Positions 63,301-64,000 of a stretch of 64,000 nucleotides of DNA are shown one piece after another (positions within the stretch are counted from its first letter, which is position 1; every line of letters begins with the position of its first letter). The notes beneath the pieces are model-generated. The model did not search any database, was not told where the DNA came from, and saw only the letters and a program-made list of their open reading frames with translations. The position numbers were made by a program, and so were the translations under genes. This DNA is from Catajapyx aquilonaris (taxonomy: Eukaryota): assembly GCA_000934665.2 (NCBI GenBank), contig JYFJ02000031.1:62001-126000 (forward strand), in the 5' to 3' direction.

Positions 63301-64000
63301 ACGTATGGGAATATCGCGCTGAACCAAATTATCTGTAAGAAATTACAAATTGTTAGGTACCTGCACTTGACAAAAAAAATGTAACTGCAATTTGGTGCTA
63401 AGTACTGAACCTTTGCGCTGTGATGAATTCCTTTCCAGACGACAAAATACACGATAATCCAAGCTAGGATCAAAAATCCAGCCAGATGCCATTGAACTTC
63501 GCCAATTTCAGTCAGTCCAGAAGACATTCCTAACACTCTTCGCCTGCGAAAAACACACGGTGTTATTAAACCACTTGTTGTGACAAGCATTGAATGGTTC
63601 AATGATAGATACTTGCTCCCAAAATTCTTCGATGGGCGACCTAAAGTCTGACGAAGTTCCATTTGCGTGTTCATTGTGCAGAAGAGTACTGTTGAAATCT
63701 TGGCATCTGGGTGTGTTCCACGTGTTGTCTGAAATAAATATGTATTATTGCTTAATTACTGTGGGTACTATTATAGTGCGCAACTTACTGCAATGAGCCC
63801 AAGGAAGGGCTGGCACGCGTGTAAAAGTACACATCAAGTAGTATAAAGTCCAGGCGACAATTACGATGTAATACACATCTTCTAGGAACACCATTGTTAA
63901 AGATGCGTATCCCACACCTGTAATATTCAACGCTGTTATTATTGTTGGTTTCTTTTTAGTGTTATTCGAAGCTTACCTTTGAGAATGGGGCAGAATTGCC
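54338..64000 (-). CDS. SLC6 sodium:neurotransmitter symporter (GABA/taurine/creatine-transporter-like), 5' part beyond window
   Basis: Exons >=64000-63977, 63917-63789, 63728-63617, 63543-63411, 63332-63248, 56083-55930, 55479-55263, 55198-55046, 54983-54780, 54700-54530, 54457-54338. Motifs CPILKGVGYA, LPWAHCNNTWNTPRC, EEFWERRVL, RGVTLEGA, WVDGGTQIFFSYG, ALGSYN, SGPGLAFLVYPE, LGIDSQFCGVE, GGVYIFQLFDFY. Confidence 0.95.
56538..56570 (+). promoter_or_regulatory. TATA box + Inr-like element of nested gene A
   Basis: TATAAAAG at 56538, followed ~28 nt later by TCAGCA; ATG at 56627. Confidence 0.7.
56627..57010 (+). CDS. Nested small secreted His/Lys-rich protein, paralog A (87 aa)
   Basis: Exons 56627-56641, 56706-56888, 56945-57010 (phase-0 GT-AG introns): MNKLVIFLVLTTAVVLLTLEVSAGGGHKKGKVEYKYSFGIKGEEKYHTKKGKGDTKAYGYAHVKGEHKHEHVEPVIVEIKKKHHDDD*; AATAAA at ~57044. 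Confidence 0.88.
58973..59419 (+). CDS. Nested small secreted protein with Lys/His and Asp/Gly tail, paralog B (101 aa)
   Basis: TATAAAAG at 58876; exons 58973-58987, 59048-59209, 59291-59419: MSKLVIALAVVSFVAVVWASGDHEDKYDYKWGTKISGHYHDKKHKGHAEAYGKVHVKGEDSHKKAEPVIVHVEKKKKKHHHDDDGGDDGGDEGGDDDEGDD*; AATAAA at 59521. Confidence 0.88.
59806..60907 (+). CDS. Nested small secreted His-rich protein, paralog C (86 aa)
   Basis: TATATAAG at ~59750; exons 59806-59820, 60347-60514, 60830-60907: MAKTVIYVILLASVIVLCNCGYPGVHTSKVKYEYSYGTKVEEQHHGKPKEGGYSYTHVKGKTEDHYVEPIVITLHQPHHHQHFRGY*; AATAAA at ~60944. Confidence 0.85.
62205..62868 (+). CDS. Nested small secreted Gly/His-rich protein, paralog D (~114 aa)
   Basis: TATATAAG at 62129, TCAGCA at 62155; exons 62205-62387 and 62707-62868: MGKSVVLLLLASLVALTLAGDHGGGDSKFEYQFGHKVEGHFEDKHHKGYASGYGHTHVKGESSHVAVEPVIVHGHDHH(G-rich with His)WGVFDGGDHYW*. 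The terminal TGA overlaps a possible gtgagc donor, so the extreme 3' end is uncertain. Confidence 0.85.
62882..62996. repeat. ~115-nt imperfect hairpin immediately 3' of paralog D
   Basis: gtggatattcatggat...acaagtatcgccgcctggcggagcgtttc pairs with gaaaagctccgcaaggcggcgatacttgt...atccatgtatttccac. Confidence 0.8.

Overview
Gene-dense eukaryotic genomic DNA from an invertebrate, probably an arthropod (arthropod-type NUPR1 and Rip11 sequences; many 55-80 nt introns). All gene models were spliced by hand. The first ~11 kb is repeat- and MITE-rich with no confident gene. Then come RAVER (+), SGTA (-), an uncharacterised LRR protein (-), DNAAF1/LRRC50 with a very large acidic N-terminal exon (-), class I RAB11FIP (+), NUPR1/p8 (-), NOL10 (+) and an SLC6 transporter (-, running off the right edge). 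The main find is inside the 7.2-kb intron of the SLC6 gene. There, on the opposite strand, lies a tandem cluster of four small paralogous genes that the ORF track does not show as whole genes. Each has a TATA promoter, a signal peptide, a shared aromatic core ([YF]xYx[FWY]GxK...Y[GS]xxHVKG[EK]|...EP[VI][IV]) and a different His-, Asp- or Gly-rich tail. I do not recognise the family. Other points: two probable GC-AG introns, 22-bp palindromes flanked by 7-8 bp duplications, nested hairpin MITEs and a TATCGAT tandem array.
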